NCBI GenBank assembly: GCA_964430265.1
Contig: CAYSEI010000003.1
Span: 1,070 to 65,069 of the forward strand
Reading direction: 5' to 3'
Length of the DNA stretch: 64,000 nt
From: an uncultured Pseudomonadales bacterium
GTDB taxonomy: Bacteria > Patescibacteriota > Microgenomatia > UBA1400 > CAYXSR01
Part shown: piece after piece, positions 8,987-19,661 of the stretch
How the letters are laid out: each line of letters opens with the position of its first letter
How positions within the stretch are numbered: position 1 is the stretch's first letter
Notes under the pieces: generated by a model
Told to the model about the DNA's origin: nothing
The model's database searches: none
What the model saw: only the letters and a program-made list of their open reading frames with translations
Program-made: the position numbers and the translations under genes

Positions 8987-9997
8987 ATGGACAAAGATTT
9001 ATTATTGGAAAAAATTAAGCAAGCAGGAATTGTCGGACGCGGCGGCGGTGGTTTTCCCTCTCATTTAAAGTGGAAAAGAATTTTAGATCATCAAGCAGAT
9101 AAAAAAGTGCTTGTTTGTAATGCTTCCGAAGGTGAACCCGGTGTTTTTAAAGATTTTTACATCTTAAAAAATTACCCGGAAAAGGTATTTAAAGGCATAC
9201 GTATAGCTTTGGACTTTTTAGATTCTAAAGATGCATATATTAATTTTAATAAAGCCTATTACCATCAATTAAGGGATAAAATTGATCCTTTAGTACAGAA
9301 TTACAAGGATAAAGGTTGTGACATTCGTATTTTTATTGAAGAGCCCAGCTACATCGGAGGGGAAACCGGAGCACTTTTAAATGCAATTGAAGGAAAAAGA
9401 ACTGAGCCACGACTCAAACCGCCCTCTCCTTCTTTAGCAGGAATTCGTGGAAATCCTTGTTTAGTCCATAATGTTGAAACACTTTATGATGTCTGCTTGG
9501 TTGTTGATGGAAAATTTAAGGAAAAAAGATATTACAGTATCTCTGGTGAGGTTAGAAACTCTGGTGTTTATCATTTAAACAGGGATTTAAACATGGAAGA
9601 AGTTTTGAAAAAAACAAATAACTGGCCGGACATGGATTTTTTTGTACAGGCTGGCGGAGGAGCAAGCGGCCCTTGCTTTAATAAAGAACAGTTAAAAAAA
9701 GAAAAAACTCCGGGAAGCGGATCTATTGAGGTGTATCCAGCTGATACACATCCTAGAGAAATGTTTAAAAAATGGTTTACTTTTTATAAAAAGGAAAGCT
9801 GTGGCAAATGCGGGCCCTGTAGACAGGGAACTTATCAATTGTATAAAATGATTAACCAACGTGAACAAATCCCTTGGAAAGATATGGGAGAAATAATTGA
9901 AGCAATGGAAAAAACAGCTTTTTGTGCTTTGGGAACTTCCATTGCTATTCCCTATAAAAGCTATTTAACTAATGTATTAAAAAAGTGTGTATTATAA
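8987..9997 (+). CDS. Minimal NuoF/HydB-like NADH/FMN-binding diaphorase subunit
   Basis: GRGGGGFP, CNASEGEPG, YIGGETGALLNAIEG, SLBB domain, and ESCGKCGPCRQG...FCALG [4Fe-4S] motif. Confidence 0.88.
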   Translation: MDKDLLLEKIKQAGIVGRGGGGFPSHLKWKRILDHQADKKVLVCNASEGEPGVFKDFYILKNYPEKVFKGIRIALDFLDSKDAYINFNKAYYHQLRDKIDPLVQNYKDKGCDIRIFIEEPSYIGGETGALLNAIEGKRTEPRLKPPSPSLAGIRGNPCLVHNVETLYDVCLVVDGKFKEKRYYSISGEVRNSGVYHLNRDLNMEEVLKKTNNWPDMDFFVQAGGGASGPCFNKEQLKKEKTPGSGSIEVYPADTHPREMFKKWFTFYKKESCGKCGPCRQGTYQLYKMINQREQIPWKDMGEIIEAMEKTAFCALGTSIAIPYKSYLTNVLKKCVL

Positions 9998-9998
9998 C

Positions 9999-11702
9999 AT
10001 GAAGAAAAAAAACACAGTATATATTGACAATAAACCATATTTTTTTGAACAAGGTGACACTATTTTAGATGTTGCCAGAAAAAATGACATTGATATTCCC
10101 CACCTTTGTTATCATCCCGACTTGCCCAAAGTGGCAAACTGCAGAACCTGTCTGGTTGAAAACCTGAACAAGGAGGAAATAACCACATCCTGTACCCTAG
10201 TTTGCAAAGACGGCATGAAAGTTAACACTAAAAGTGAGGAAATAAACAGATTAAGAAAAACTAATCTGGAACTGGTTTTGGCACAGCATACACAAAATTG
10301 TAATTTGTGCCAGAGCGGACTGCAGTGTGATACTGCAGACTTAATGAAAAAATATGGAGTTACCGGATACAAATATAGCAAAGAAAAGGTAGATGCTAAA
10401 AAACCCAAAATCGGTTCCTTAATAGAAATTGATCCTAAATTGTGCATTGGCTGTAGAAAATGTACTGAGGCCTGCAAAAAACAAGGTATTGGATATTTAG
10501 AACTGGATAAAAGAGGTCAGGAAATACATGTTAAACCAACTGAAAACAAGCATATTGATTGTATCTTTTGCGGACAATGCACTTTAAAATGTCCTGTCAA
10601 TGCAATCCGAGAACAAAATCAGGTAGAAGACGTAGAAAGAAAATTAAATGCTCCTGATAAAATTGTTATTGCCCAGATGGCTCCTTCTGTAAGAACTAGC
10701 ATCGGTGAAGAGTTTGGATTTCCAATCGGTACCAATCTGAGCAAAAAAATGTATACGGCATTTAGAAAATTGGGCTTTGAAAAGGTTTTTGATGTAAATA
10801 TGGGTGCAGACATTACCACCATGGTAGAAGCAGAAGAACTAATTGAAAGGATTGAAGAAAACGAAGGTTTGCCAATGTTTACTTCTTGCTGTCCTTCCTG
10901 GGTAAAATTTATTGAATTTTATTACCCAGAATTTATCCCCAATTTAACTACCTGCCGTTCACCCCAAATTCATTCCGGTGCTGCATACAAAACCTGGTGG
11001 GCCCAAAAAAAAGGAATTGACCCCAAAAATATTGTAGTGGTTTCTATTATGCCTTGTACTTCCAAAAAATTTGAGGCACAATTGGAAAAACTGAAAGTCA
11101 ACGGCCATTATCCAGTTGACCATGTTTTGACTACCAGAGAAACCGCTGACCTATTAAAAAAACACAATATCGACCCGCATGATCTAAAAGATTCAGACGT
11201 TGACAAATACGGAGAATATACTGGTGCCGCAGCAATATACGGGGCTTCCGGCGGAGTAATGGAGTCAGCACTTAGAACTGCTGCTTATCAAATGACTGGA
11301 AAAGACTTGGAAAAACTGGAATTTGAACAGGTAAGAGGAACTAAAGGAATTAAAAAAACAACCGTCACTATTGATGGCAAGGAATTACGTTTAGCCGTAG
11401 TTTCTAATACAAAAAATGCCCGCATTATTTTACAAGAGATTAAAAAGAAACCAAAAGCTTACCACTATATTGAATTTATGACCTGTCCGGGCGGATGTTT
11501 GGGCGGCGGCGGCCAGCCGCTTTCTTCCACTGAAGAAACTGTCAAAGAAAGGATTAAGAGCTTGTATAAAATAGATACAGAATCAAAAATAAGAAAGGCA
11601 CACGAAAACCCGATTGTTAAAGAATTTTTTGATTACCTAGACACTTTGCCTGAAGAAAAAAGAAAACAAATTCTTTATACCAACTACCAGAAAAGAAGTT
11701 GA
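9999..11702 (+). CDS. hydA: Group A [FeFe]-hydrogenase catalytic subunit with [2Fe-2S], His-ligated [4Fe-4S] and 2x[4Fe-4S] domains
   Basis: H-cluster motifs TSCCPSW, MPCTSKKFE, EFMTCPGGCLGGGG; accessory clusters HTQNCNLCQSGLQC, CIGCRKC, CIFCGQC. Confidence 0.95.
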   Translation: MKKKNTVYIDNKPYFFEQGDTILDVARKNDIDIPHLCYHPDLPKVANCRTCLVENLNKEEITTSCTLVCKDGMKVNTKSEEINRLRKTNLELVLAQHTQNCNLCQSGLQCDTADLMKKYGVTGYKYSKEKVDAKKPKIGSLIEIDPKLCIGCRKCTEACKKQGIGYLELDKRGQEIHVKPTENKHIDCIFCGQCTLKCPVNAIREQNQVEDVERKLNAPDKIVIAQMAPSVRTSIGEEFGFPIGTNLSKKMYTAFRKLGFEKVFDVNMGADITTMVEAEELIERIEENEGLPMFTSCCPSWVKFIEFYYPEFIPNLTTCRSPQIHSGAAYKTWWAQKKGIDPKNIVVVSIMPCTSKKFEAQLEKLKVNGHYPVDHVLTTRETADLLKKHNIDPHDLKDSDVDKYGEYTGAAAIYGASGGVMESALRTAAYQMTGKDLEKLEFEQVRGTKGIKKTTVTIDGKELRLAVVSNTKNARIILQEIKKKPKAYHYIEFMTCPGGCLGGGGQPLSSTEETVKERIKSLYKIDTESKIRKAHENPIVKEFFDYLDTLPEEKRKQILYTNYQKRS

Positions 11703-11760
11703 ATGCTTGCTGGTATTAAAACAATTGTATTATTCTCTAAAATATAATTTCTGTATATTT

Positions 11761-12471
11761 ATGAAAGCAACTGAAAATCTAATCAATCAGCAACAGATTA
11801 AGTTTTTAACTATGCACTATTATTACCGTATAGAGAAATTTGTCAAAAAAGTTGCTTCTAAATATGATAAAAAAAACTTAAAGGTTTTAGACATTGGTGC
11901 CGGCAAATGCTCATATAAAAAACTTTTTAACAAAGCTTCTTATTATTCCACCGATATTCGCCAAAATAAAGACAATAGCATTAATTACGTAACTGATTTT
12001 AATTATGGATTAAAAGACCTTGAAAACAATTCTTTTGATTATATTTTATGTATTCAGGTTTTAGAACACCTTAAATTTCCCCATAAAGCTTTTAAGGAAA
12101 TGAATAGATTATTAAAACCTGGGGGTAAATTATTTCTATCGACAAACTTTATCGCTCATATGCATATGATTCCCAATGACTATTTCCGCTTCACTAAGTA
12201 TGGGTTAAAACTATTAGGTGAAGAAAACGGTTTTGAAGTAGAACATCTAGCAGAACACGGGGGCATTTTTCATGTTTTGAGTTATACATTAAGCACCCTG
12301 CCTCTAAGAATAATATTCTGCAAAGTAAATTTTTGGTACACTCTTTATTTATTGATTTTCAGCCTACCAATTATATGCTTAAACTTATTAGCAATACTCT
12401 TGGATAACTTTGATAAAGAAAAAAGAATGACGATAAATTACGAAGTCATTTATAAAAAAACATCTTCTTAA
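11761..12471 (+). CDS. Class I SAM-dependent methyltransferase
   Basis: VLDIGAG, FDYILCIQVLEH and LLKPGG motifs. Confidence 0.85.
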   Translation: MKATENLINQQQIKFLTMHYYYRIEKFVKKVASKYDKKNLKVLDIGAGKCSYKKLFNKASYYSTDIRQNKDNSINYVTDFNYGLKDLENNSFDYILCIQVLEHLKFPHKAFKEMNRLLKPGGKLFLSTNFIAHMHMIPNDYFRFTKYGLKLLGEENGFEVEHLAEHGGIFHVLSYTLSTLPLRIIFCKVNFWYTLYLLIFSLPIICLNLLAILLDNFDKEKRMTINYEVIYKKTSS

Positions 12472-12491
12472 TCTCCCCTATCCTTATCAAT

Positions 12492-13943
12492 TTACCTAAA
12501 ATCAAGCTGTTTGCTAAAGTAACGCTTAACAAAACGCAAATAATATTTAAAAACATCCCAATTGGTTAAAGCATATTGTATTTTCATCAGCATCCACTGG
12601 GGCGTAAAAACCAGACTGTAAAATTTACGGATGTATTCTTTTAATTCTTTGTTTTTTAAATCCGTTTTTACAATTGGCTGGCGCATGTCATATTTTCCCC
12701 AATCTTTTGTTTTTAGCCAGTTTTTTTCATTGGCTTCTTTAAAAAGAGGTGTTCCCGGATAAGGGATTACAATAGTAGTCTGCCAGCTGTCAATTAATTT
12801 TTTTTGTACTAGATCTTTAAAAAATTGGTAAGTGTTTTCAATATCTTTTTCTTCTTCCCAGGGATAGCCAATCATTACTGTTACATGCGGATTTAAGCCT
12901 GCTTTTTTTGCATTTTTTAAATTGGGTTCAATCTGTTCCACTTTTAAACCTTTGTTTATTTTATCCAGAGTTTTCTGGTTAGCTGATTCAAGTCCATAAA
13001 GTAAGAAGCGGAAGCCGGCTTTGCGCATCATTTGGTAGTCTTTTTTTGTTAGGTTGCTGTTAAAACGCATATTGCAATTTATCCTGACTTTTTTATTTAA
13101 TCCTTTTTTAATCATTTTTTCACAAAACTCATTTAGCCAGTTACCAACAGGAAAAGTTCCTGAATCATCCATGATTTCTTTTATTGAGTATTTTTTAACT
13201 AATTCCTCCACTTCTTTTATTGCCTTATCAACAGAAATAGTTCTGCACTGGGGGTATAAGTTTGCCGGCCAGCTGCAAAAAGTACACTTCCCCCACCAGC
13301 AGTCGCGTGAAAACATAGTATATGTACCCGGCAAGCTGCGGTAATTTGAGTTTTTATATGCATAAGTCTTCCAGTTTGTTAGCTCCCTGTCTATTAAAGG
13401 AAGATTGCTTAAATCTTTTTTAAGCTGGAATTTTCCTGTATTTAATATTTTTCTATTTTTCTTGTACCATATACCTGGTTTAAGCTTTTTTCCTTTTTCT
13501 ATATGCTTAACAACACTTAAAAGCAGATAATCATAGTCTCCTCCGGTGAGAATATAGTCGGCCTGTGAGTTATTCAAAGTTTCTTTTGGTCTAGCTGTTA
13601 CATGATCTCCTGCTAAAATAATTGTTAATTGCTTGTTTATTTTTTTTAATTTCTCAATTATTTGCCAGTGTTTTTTAATTACTGGTGTTTTTGTTTCTAA
13701 AAAAAGAATATCCGGATTAAAATCAAATAATTTGCTCTCCCATTTTTTGTATTGCATCTGCTTGTTTATTCCGTCCAACCATAAAATCTCGTATCCAGCA
13801 TTTTTAAGCATTGTAGCTGCATAAGCAGGAATTATCGGATAGGCTGTCCAAGGGGTTTTTGCCCATTGAAACTGCCTGTTTTGGGCAAGCAGGGCTGTTC
13901 CTTTTTTTGATTCTAATTGAGGATAGCCAATTGCTATTTTCAT
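12492..13943 (-). CDS. B12-binding-domain radical SAM protein (start 13943 or 13946)
   Basis: SRDCWWGKCTFC cluster motif, N-terminal cobalamin-binding domain (GDHVTARP), GLES and PYPGT motifs. Confidence 0.85.
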   Translation of the reverse strand: MKIAIGYPQLESKKGTALLAQNRQFQWAKTPWTAYPIIPAYAATMLKNAGYEILWLDGINKQMQYKKWESKLFDFNPDILFLETKTPVIKKHWQIIEKLKKINKQLTIILAGDHVTARPKETLNNSQADYILTGGDYDYLLLSVVKHIEKGKKLKPGIWYKKNRKILNTGKFQLKKDLSNLPLIDRELTNWKTYAYKNSNYRSLPGTYTMFSRDCWWGKCTFCSWPANLYPQCRTISVDKAIKEVEELVKKYSIKEIMDDSGTFPVGNWLNEFCEKMIKKGLNKKVRINCNMRFNSNLTKKDYQMMRKAGFRFLLYGLESANQKTLDKINKGLKVEQIEPNLKNAKKAGLNPHVTVMIGYPWEEEKDIENTYQFFKDLVQKKLIDSWQTTIVIPYPGTPLFKEANEKNWLKTKDWGKYDMRQPIVKTDLKNKELKEYIRKFYSLVFTPQWMLMKIQYALTNWDVFKYYLRFVKRYFSKQLDFR

Positions 13944-13985
13944 CATTTTTAGTATACCATTAGCCAAATATTGTAAAATAGGGGT

Positions 13986-14972
13986 ATGAAATCTGTAAGT
14001 GTAATTTTAGCTACCTTAAACAGCGGTGATATTTTAGATAAGTGCTTGTCCTCTGTGCGCAGTCAAGAATATAACCAAGATAAAATTGAGATTATTGCTG
14101 CAGACGGCGGGTCCACTGACGCAACTTTGGACATCTTAAAAAAATACAAAGCGCAAATTATTCCGGAAAATACGGGGAATCCAGAAGCTGCAAAACTTCT
14201 GGCACTTAAAAAAGCAAAAAACGAAATTATTCTGCATATTGACGATGATACTGTCCTTCCCAACAACAAATGGCTGAAAAACATGCTTGATTGTTTTGCA
14301 AAAGAACCAGAAGCTGTTGCCTGCTACCCTTGGCGATATACGTATAGGAAAAAAGATAAATTTTTAAATAGGTATTTTGCACTTTTTGGAGTTAATGATC
14401 CTCTTGCATATTTTCTAAAAAAAGCAGACAGACAGGATTACCTGCCTCCCAAAGACAAGTACAAATTAAAAGGAAAAGCTACTGACAAGGGAAAATATTT
14501 TTTGGTCGAGTTTAATAAAAATAATCTGCCGACTGTAGGTGCAAACGGATTTTTAATTAAAAGAAAAATCTTAAACAAAGTTTTGCAAAATAAAAAACAC
14601 TTTTTTCATATTGATGCAAATTTAAAATTAGTTAAAAAGGTTTTTAACAAATACATTGTAGTTAAAAATAATGTTTTACATTTAAGCGGTGGTTCACTTT
14701 TAAAGTATCTTAAAAAAAGATCCCGCTATTTAAATATTGTTAACTTGGAGCAAAAACAAAACCGCATATATTATACTGCTGATGTTAACAAAGACTTTTT
14801 TATGCTTGTCTTGTTTGCTATCTATGCAAACACTTATATAGGTCCTCTTTTAGTCTCTTTTAAAGGCTTTTTATCTAAAAAAGACCCGGCTTGGTTTTTG
14901 CATCCGATTATTAATTTTTTGATTGCCTGGATATATTTTATTAACGTATTAAAATCATGGCTGAAAAAATAA
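13986..14972 (+). CDS. Glycosyltransferase family 2
   Basis: SVILATLN, DGGSTD and IDDD motifs. Confidence 0.88.
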   Translation: MKSVSVILATLNSGDILDKCLSSVRSQEYNQDKIEIIAADGGSTDATLDILKKYKAQIIPENTGNPEAAKLLALKKAKNEIILHIDDDTVLPNNKWLKNMLDCFAKEPEAVACYPWRYTYRKKDKFLNRYFALFGVNDPLAYFLKKADRQDYLPPKDKYKLKGKATDKGKYFLVEFNKNNLPTVGANGFLIKRKILNKVLQNKKHFFHIDANLKLVKKVFNKYIVVKNNVLHLSGGSLLKYLKKRSRYLNIVNLEQKQNRIYYTADVNKDFFMLVLFAIYANTYIGPLLVSFKGFLSKKDPAWFLHPIINFLIAWIYFINVLKSWLKK

Positions 14973-15925
14973 CACCGCAAATTTCTATTGTCATCTGTAC
15001 CTTTAACCGTGCTGAGAGTCTAAAAAATTGCTTACAATCATTGACCAAGCAAACTTTTTCTGATTTTGAAGTAATAATTGTTGACGGCGGATCGCAAGAC
15101 AAAACACCACAGATAATTGAAAATTACAAAAACAAATTAAATATAAAAGTAGTTATTAATAAATCGAAAAATATTGCTAAACTAAGAGACTGTGGATGGA
15201 GGCAAGCTGAAGGAAGATATATTTCCTGGATTGACGATGATGTGGTTGCCTCACCAAACTGGGCGGAAACTGTTTTTAATGTGCTTAAAAACAACAAAAA
15301 CATCACGGGTGTGACTGGTCCGACATTGATTCCCAAAGAAATTCTGCAAAATCGTGACGTATTCTTTTTTCATAATAAAAAAGACTTGCTTGCAAAGTTT
15401 TGGCAAAACTTTGTTTTAGAAGGAAAAGAAAAGGACCCAGGACAAATTTTAAAAAATGGATTTTGGACGCCGGGATCCAATTTTTCCGAATCCACAAAAC
15501 TAGAAAAATCTGTTGAGGTTGATTTTTTGGAGGCTTGTAACATGACTTTTAAAAAAAGTCTGGTGGAAAAAGTGAACGGTTTTAACCCGGATTTTTTTAA
15601 AGAATGGTCTGAGGCGGATCTGTCGCAAAGAATTAAAAAACTTGGATACAAGTTGCTTTTCCATCCCAAAGCAGTTGTTGAGCACCACATTTCCAAAAAA
15701 GGCGCTTTTCACGGACGGACAACAGCAAAAGAAAGAATGCAGGATTTTTTTAACTTTTATTTTAAACATGCCTATAAGTTTAAATATTTATGGAGGTTTT
15801 TAATTTTGGTGTTTATACAAAATCTTTACTATACATACAAAGCAATAAAAGACAAAAATATTTCTTGGCTGGGCAGCTGGTTGGGAACAATTAAAGGATT
15901 TAAATATATATGCAAAAAGAATTAA
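14957..15925 (+). CDS. Glycosyltransferase family 2
   Basis: ISIVICTFNR, VDGGSQD and WIDDD motifs. Confidence 0.88.
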   Translation: MAEKITPQISIVICTFNRAESLKNCLQSLTKQTFSDFEVIIVDGGSQDKTPQIIENYKNKLNIKVVINKSKNIAKLRDCGWRQAEGRYISWIDDDVVASPNWAETVFNVLKNNKNITGVTGPTLIPKEILQNRDVFFFHNKKDLLAKFWQNFVLEGKEKDPGQILKNGFWTPGSNFSESTKLEKSVEVDFLEACNMTFKKSLVEKVNGFNPDFFKEWSEADLSQRIKKLGYKLLFHPKAVVEHHISKKGAFHGRTTAKERMQDFFNFYFKHAYKFKYLWRFLILVFIQNLYYTYKAIKDKNISWLGSWLGTIKGFKYICKKN

Positions 15926-16929
15926 GCTCTATCATCATTCCCACACACGGATATACCCAAGAATTAAAAGATTGCTTGCTTTCAATTAAAAAAAATACCC
16001 AGGCTGATTATGAGTTGATTGTTGTAGCAACCGAAGAACCGCCTCAGAAATTCTTTAATAATCTGGGTGTAAAATTAATCAAAACCAAAGAGTTCGGCCC
16101 GGCAAAAAAAAGAAATATTGCTGTAAAAAAATCCATTGGAAAATATTTAATATTTTTGGATTCAGATACTGTGGTTGATAAAAATTGGCTTAACCCTGTA
16201 GTTGGTTATCTAAACAAAAATCCAAATGTTGGTGGCGGACAGTTTAAATTATTAAAATATTCGGACAAAAATGTTTTTGATTCTGCAGGAGAAAAAATTA
16301 CACCCTGGGGGTTCTTGGTAGAACGTGCACGCAGCAGCAAAGACAAATTACAATTTGACAAGGTAGAAAAAATATTTAGTATTAAGGGTGCTGCCATGAT
16401 TTTTAAACGTAAAGTGTTTGAAAAAGCAGGCGGCTTTGACCCTAATTACTTTATTTTTTGGGAAGAACCAGACATATGCTGGAGAATTTGGAAAACAGGC
16501 AAGGAAATTGTTTTTCTATACATGGGAAAAGTCTGGCACAAAAAAGAAAAACAAAACAAAAGCTCATATAAAAAAAAGCGCAGCAAAATTACTTATTGGG
16601 GCTGCAGAAACCAGATCATGACTGTTTATAAAAACAGCGTCGGCATAAACAGAATAAGAATGCTTTTTTGTGTTAACCTTGCCTGGCTTTCCTTTTTAAT
16701 ACTTTTCTCTTTAAAAGGGCAGTTTGAACAAAGCAAAGCAATTATTAATGCTTATAAATATATTTTCCCCAATTTTACATCCTTAAAACAAAAAAGAAAC
16801 AAACTAAAGCAAGACCTTGGCAAGAATTTTTATTCGGATAAAAAATGGCTGCCTAAAGTTACAATTAAAAGAGGTTTAAAATGGTATTGGGGTAAAGGAT
16901 CTAGTTATTTATTAAATAAGCCTTTTTAA
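15910..16929 (+). CDS. Glycosyltransferase family 2
   Basis: FLDSDT and GGFDPNYFIFWEEPDICWR motifs. Confidence 0.88.
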   Translation: MQKELSSIIIPTHGYTQELKDCLLSIKKNTQADYELIVVATEEPPQKFFNNLGVKLIKTKEFGPAKKRNIAVKKSIGKYLIFLDSDTVVDKNWLNPVVGYLNKNPNVGGGQFKLLKYSDKNVFDSAGEKITPWGFLVERARSSKDKLQFDKVEKIFSIKGAAMIFKRKVFEKAGGFDPNYFIFWEEPDICWRIWKTGKEIVFLYMGKVWHKKEKQNKSSYKKKRSKITYWGCRNQIMTVYKNSVGINRIRMLFCVNLAWLSFLILFSLKGQFEQSKAIINAYKYIFPNFTSLKQKRNKLKQDLGKNFYSDKKWLPKVTIKRGLKWYWGKGSSYLLNKPF

Positions 16930-16930
16930 A

Positions 16931-17905
16931 ATGATTTCTGTAATAATTGTTAATTACAACGGAGCAAAATATATTAAAGACTGTATTAAATCTTTACAGT
17001 CTTCAATCTACAAAAATTTTGAAATAATTTTTGTGGATGATTGTTCAACTGATCAATCATTTAAAATAATTAAAAAATTTAAAAATGTTAAATTAATTCA
17101 AAACAAAAAAAACTTGGGAGCATCGTTATCCAGAAATAAAGGTGCAAAAAGAGCTAAAGGTAACCTTCTATTTTTCCTTGATGTTGACACTAAAACTATT
17201 CCAAGTGCATTAGATAATCTTGCCAAGGAGTTTAACAAAAATGAAACAATGGGAGCAGCACAAGTGCAATTAATTAAAGCAGATAAAAATGTCTTGGATT
17301 CCAGCGGCCACTATTTATCACCTTTTGGCTTCCCTTATGAAACTGGGACAAACAAAAATCCGGACAAATATCAAGAAAAAAGAAAAATATTGGGAGGTAA
17401 ATCCGCCGGATTAATCGTCAGAAAAAATGTGTTTGAAAAAATAAATGGTTTTGATTCGGACTATTTTATTTACGGTGAAGATACTGATCTTTGCTGGCAT
17501 GTTTGGCTATCAGGATTTGAAGTATTTTATTTACCTTCTGTAAAAATATTTCATTTTCAAAAAAGCAGTATTAACAAAAATACAAAAAAAAGAGTTTTTT
17601 ATCAGGGCACTAAAAACAATCTTAATTATTTATTAAAAAACCTTGAGTTGAAAAAGTTCTTTTGGATTATTCCTCTGCATGTTCTGGGATGGATGCTGCT
17701 ATTTTTTAAAAAAGTTTTAACTGGAGAGTTTAAGTTTGCTCTAGCAATTATAAACGGGCTTTTTTGGAATCTTATTAATCTACCCAAAATAATGCAAAAA
17801 AGGGGGATAATAAAAAGTAAAAACATAGACAGAAAAATATTGTTTGGTGAAATAAAAATTGGTAGCCTTTTTAATAAAGGTTTAAGGTGGTTTAAAAATG
17901 TCTGA
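16931..17905 (+). CDS. Glycosyltransferase family 2
   Basis: VIIVNYNG, VDDCSTD, FLDVD and GFDSDYFIYGEDTDLCW motifs. Confidence 0.88.
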   Translation: MISVIIVNYNGAKYIKDCIKSLQSSIYKNFEIIFVDDCSTDQSFKIIKKFKNVKLIQNKKNLGASLSRNKGAKRAKGNLLFFLDVDTKTIPSALDNLAKEFNKNETMGAAQVQLIKADKNVLDSSGHYLSPFGFPYETGTNKNPDKYQEKRKILGGKSAGLIVRKNVFEKINGFDSDYFIYGEDTDLCWHVWLSGFEVFYLPSVKIFHFQKSSINKNTKKRVFYQGTKNNLNYLLKNLELKKFFWIIPLHVLGWMLLFFKKVLTGEFKFALAIINGLFWNLINLPKIMQKRGIIKSKNIDRKILFGEIKIGSLFNKGLRWFKNV

Positions 17906-18743
17906 ACCACCCTCTGTTTCTATTATTATAGTTAACTACAACGGCAAAAATATTATTACAGACTGCCTGAATACTGTTATTAAAACAGACTACCCTAGTT
18001 TTGAAATTGTGGTGGTTGATAATAATTCAAATGACGGCAGCCAAAGAATTTTAAAAGAAAAATATAAAAAACAAATCAAGTTGGTTTGTACAGATAAAAA
18101 CTTGTATTTTACCGGCGGATCAAATTTGGGAGCATTAAAAGCAAACAACCAGATACTTGTTTTTTTAAACAGTGACACCGAAGTTGAGCCTGACTGGCTA
18201 AAAAAGCTTGTCGCCTGTCATCTAAAAAACGGCAGAAACTCACTGATTCAGCCTAAAATTCTTTTATACAAGAATAAAAAAACAATTGACAATATCGGCG
18301 GCAAATACATTTTTCCTGGTTTTGGCAAGGGCATGCGAAAAGTGGGAAAAATTGATTATGTAAATGGAACTTGTTTTTTAATTGACAAAGACTTCTTTTT
18401 TGAACTGGGAGGATTTGATGACTGGTTTAAAATGCATTATGAAGACGTTGATCTCAACCTCCGAGCCCAAAAACAATCAAGTAGTGTGCATTATTGTCCG
18501 GAAAGCATAATTTATCATAAAGGATCCTTAACCGTTAAAACCAAAATCAGCAAACAAGAACTCATATATCACATTCGTAAAAATCGATTAAAAACAGTAT
18601 TTAAAAACTTTCAGGGATTGAATAGAATCCTGCGTCTTCTTTGTCTTGCTCCTTTTTATCTTTATTGGACAGTTGTACAACCAATCACAATAAAGTCTAT
18701 TATTTCCTTTTTCAGAAGTTTAAAAAGACAACCACCTGCTTAA
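17898..18743 (+). CDS. Glycosyltransferase family 2
   Basis: IIIVNYNG, VDNNSND, FLNSD and GGFDDWFKMHYEDVDL motifs. Confidence 0.88.
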   Translation: MSEPPSVSIIIVNYNGKNIITDCLNTVIKTDYPSFEIVVVDNNSNDGSQRILKEKYKKQIKLVCTDKNLYFTGGSNLGALKANNQILVFLNSDTEVEPDWLKKLVACHLKNGRNSLIQPKILLYKNKKTIDNIGGKYIFPGFGKGMRKVGKIDYVNGTCFLIDKDFFFELGGFDDWFKMHYEDVDLNLRAQKQSSSVHYCPESIIYHKGSLTVKTKISKQELIYHIRKNRLKTVFKNFQGLNRILRLLCLAPFYLYWTVVQPITIKSIISFFRSLKRQPPA

Positions 18744-19661
18744 ATCCTTATTAATCAAGCTTACCATTTTTTCAACATCCTTATGATAGTAATTAATTAA
18801 CTTAATTCGTGTTTCTTTCTGCATTTTTGGATAGCCAGTTGCTTTTGTTTTGGGAAATGTAATTATTTTTTGATAAATCTTGTATAATCTTTTTTTTTCA
18901 AAAAGCCAATCAATAAAATCTGGCAGCAGTGTATTTTTTCTATCCGACATCCACTTGGCAATTTTATATAAAAAGCTTTTAATTTTAGGATGCTGTATTT
19001 GTTTTGAAGGATTTACTTTTTTATGAATAACTGAAGGCACAAAATTAGTATCTATTTTTAAAAACTCATACATTTCCCTGACTACTTTTTTTGGTTTGTT
19101 CTTTATATCGTCAAAAAAAACTATATAAATGTTTTTCTGGGGAAAAATATCAAAAGCGTTTTTCAAGTGTTTGTAATATTTTCCTTTTTTTGCATTTAAT
19201 TTTTTCCATTCATCATTTTTAACTGCTTGATTAAATTCATAATCCACTCTAACCCTGACTGATTGTTTACGATACCAGTATAAAGAGTAAAGCATGTCAA
19301 TCGGATTCCTGATAGCTATAATTATTTTGGCATCGGGAAAATGCTTTTTTATTCTTTTTAAAGCTTTTTTGCTGCGAATATATCCTGGAGAAAATTCACC
19401 TCTAATTTTCTTTTTTTGTGCTGCTGGAAATTGTTTTAAATACCAATCAATTCCTTTATTATAGTTTGATTCTTTTTCCCAGTTTGCAGCAATATTTCTT
19501 TTTATTCTTTTTTTTGTGTTTTTTTCACTAAAAAAAGCTATTTCTTTACGGGTTTTTTGTGCGGAAAAAAGTACCTGCGGGTGTTTTTGCAAGCATTTGC
19601 TGATCCATGTAGATCCACATTTTTCAAAACCTATTCCGATAAAATCAATTTTGTTTTCCAT
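18720..19661 (-). CDS. PAPS-dependent sulfotransferase
   Basis: 5'-PSB loop FIGIGFEKCGST and 3'-PB motif IRNPIDMLYS. Start reassigned to ATG 19661. Confidence 0.85.
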   Translation of the reverse strand: MENKIDFIGIGFEKCGSTWISKCLQKHPQVLFSAQKTRKEIAFFSEKNTKKRIKRNIAANWEKESNYNKGIDWYLKQFPAAQKKKIRGEFSPGYIRSKKALKRIKKHFPDAKIIIAIRNPIDMLYSLYWYRKQSVRVRVDYEFNQAVKNDEWKKLNAKKGKYYKHLKNAFDIFPQKNIYIVFFDDIKNKPKKVVREMYEFLKIDTNFVPSVIHKKVNPSKQIQHPKIKSFLYKIAKWMSDRKNTLLPDFIDWLFEKKRLYKIYQKIITFPKTKATGYPKMQKETRIKLINYYHKDVEKMVSLINKDLSRWLSF

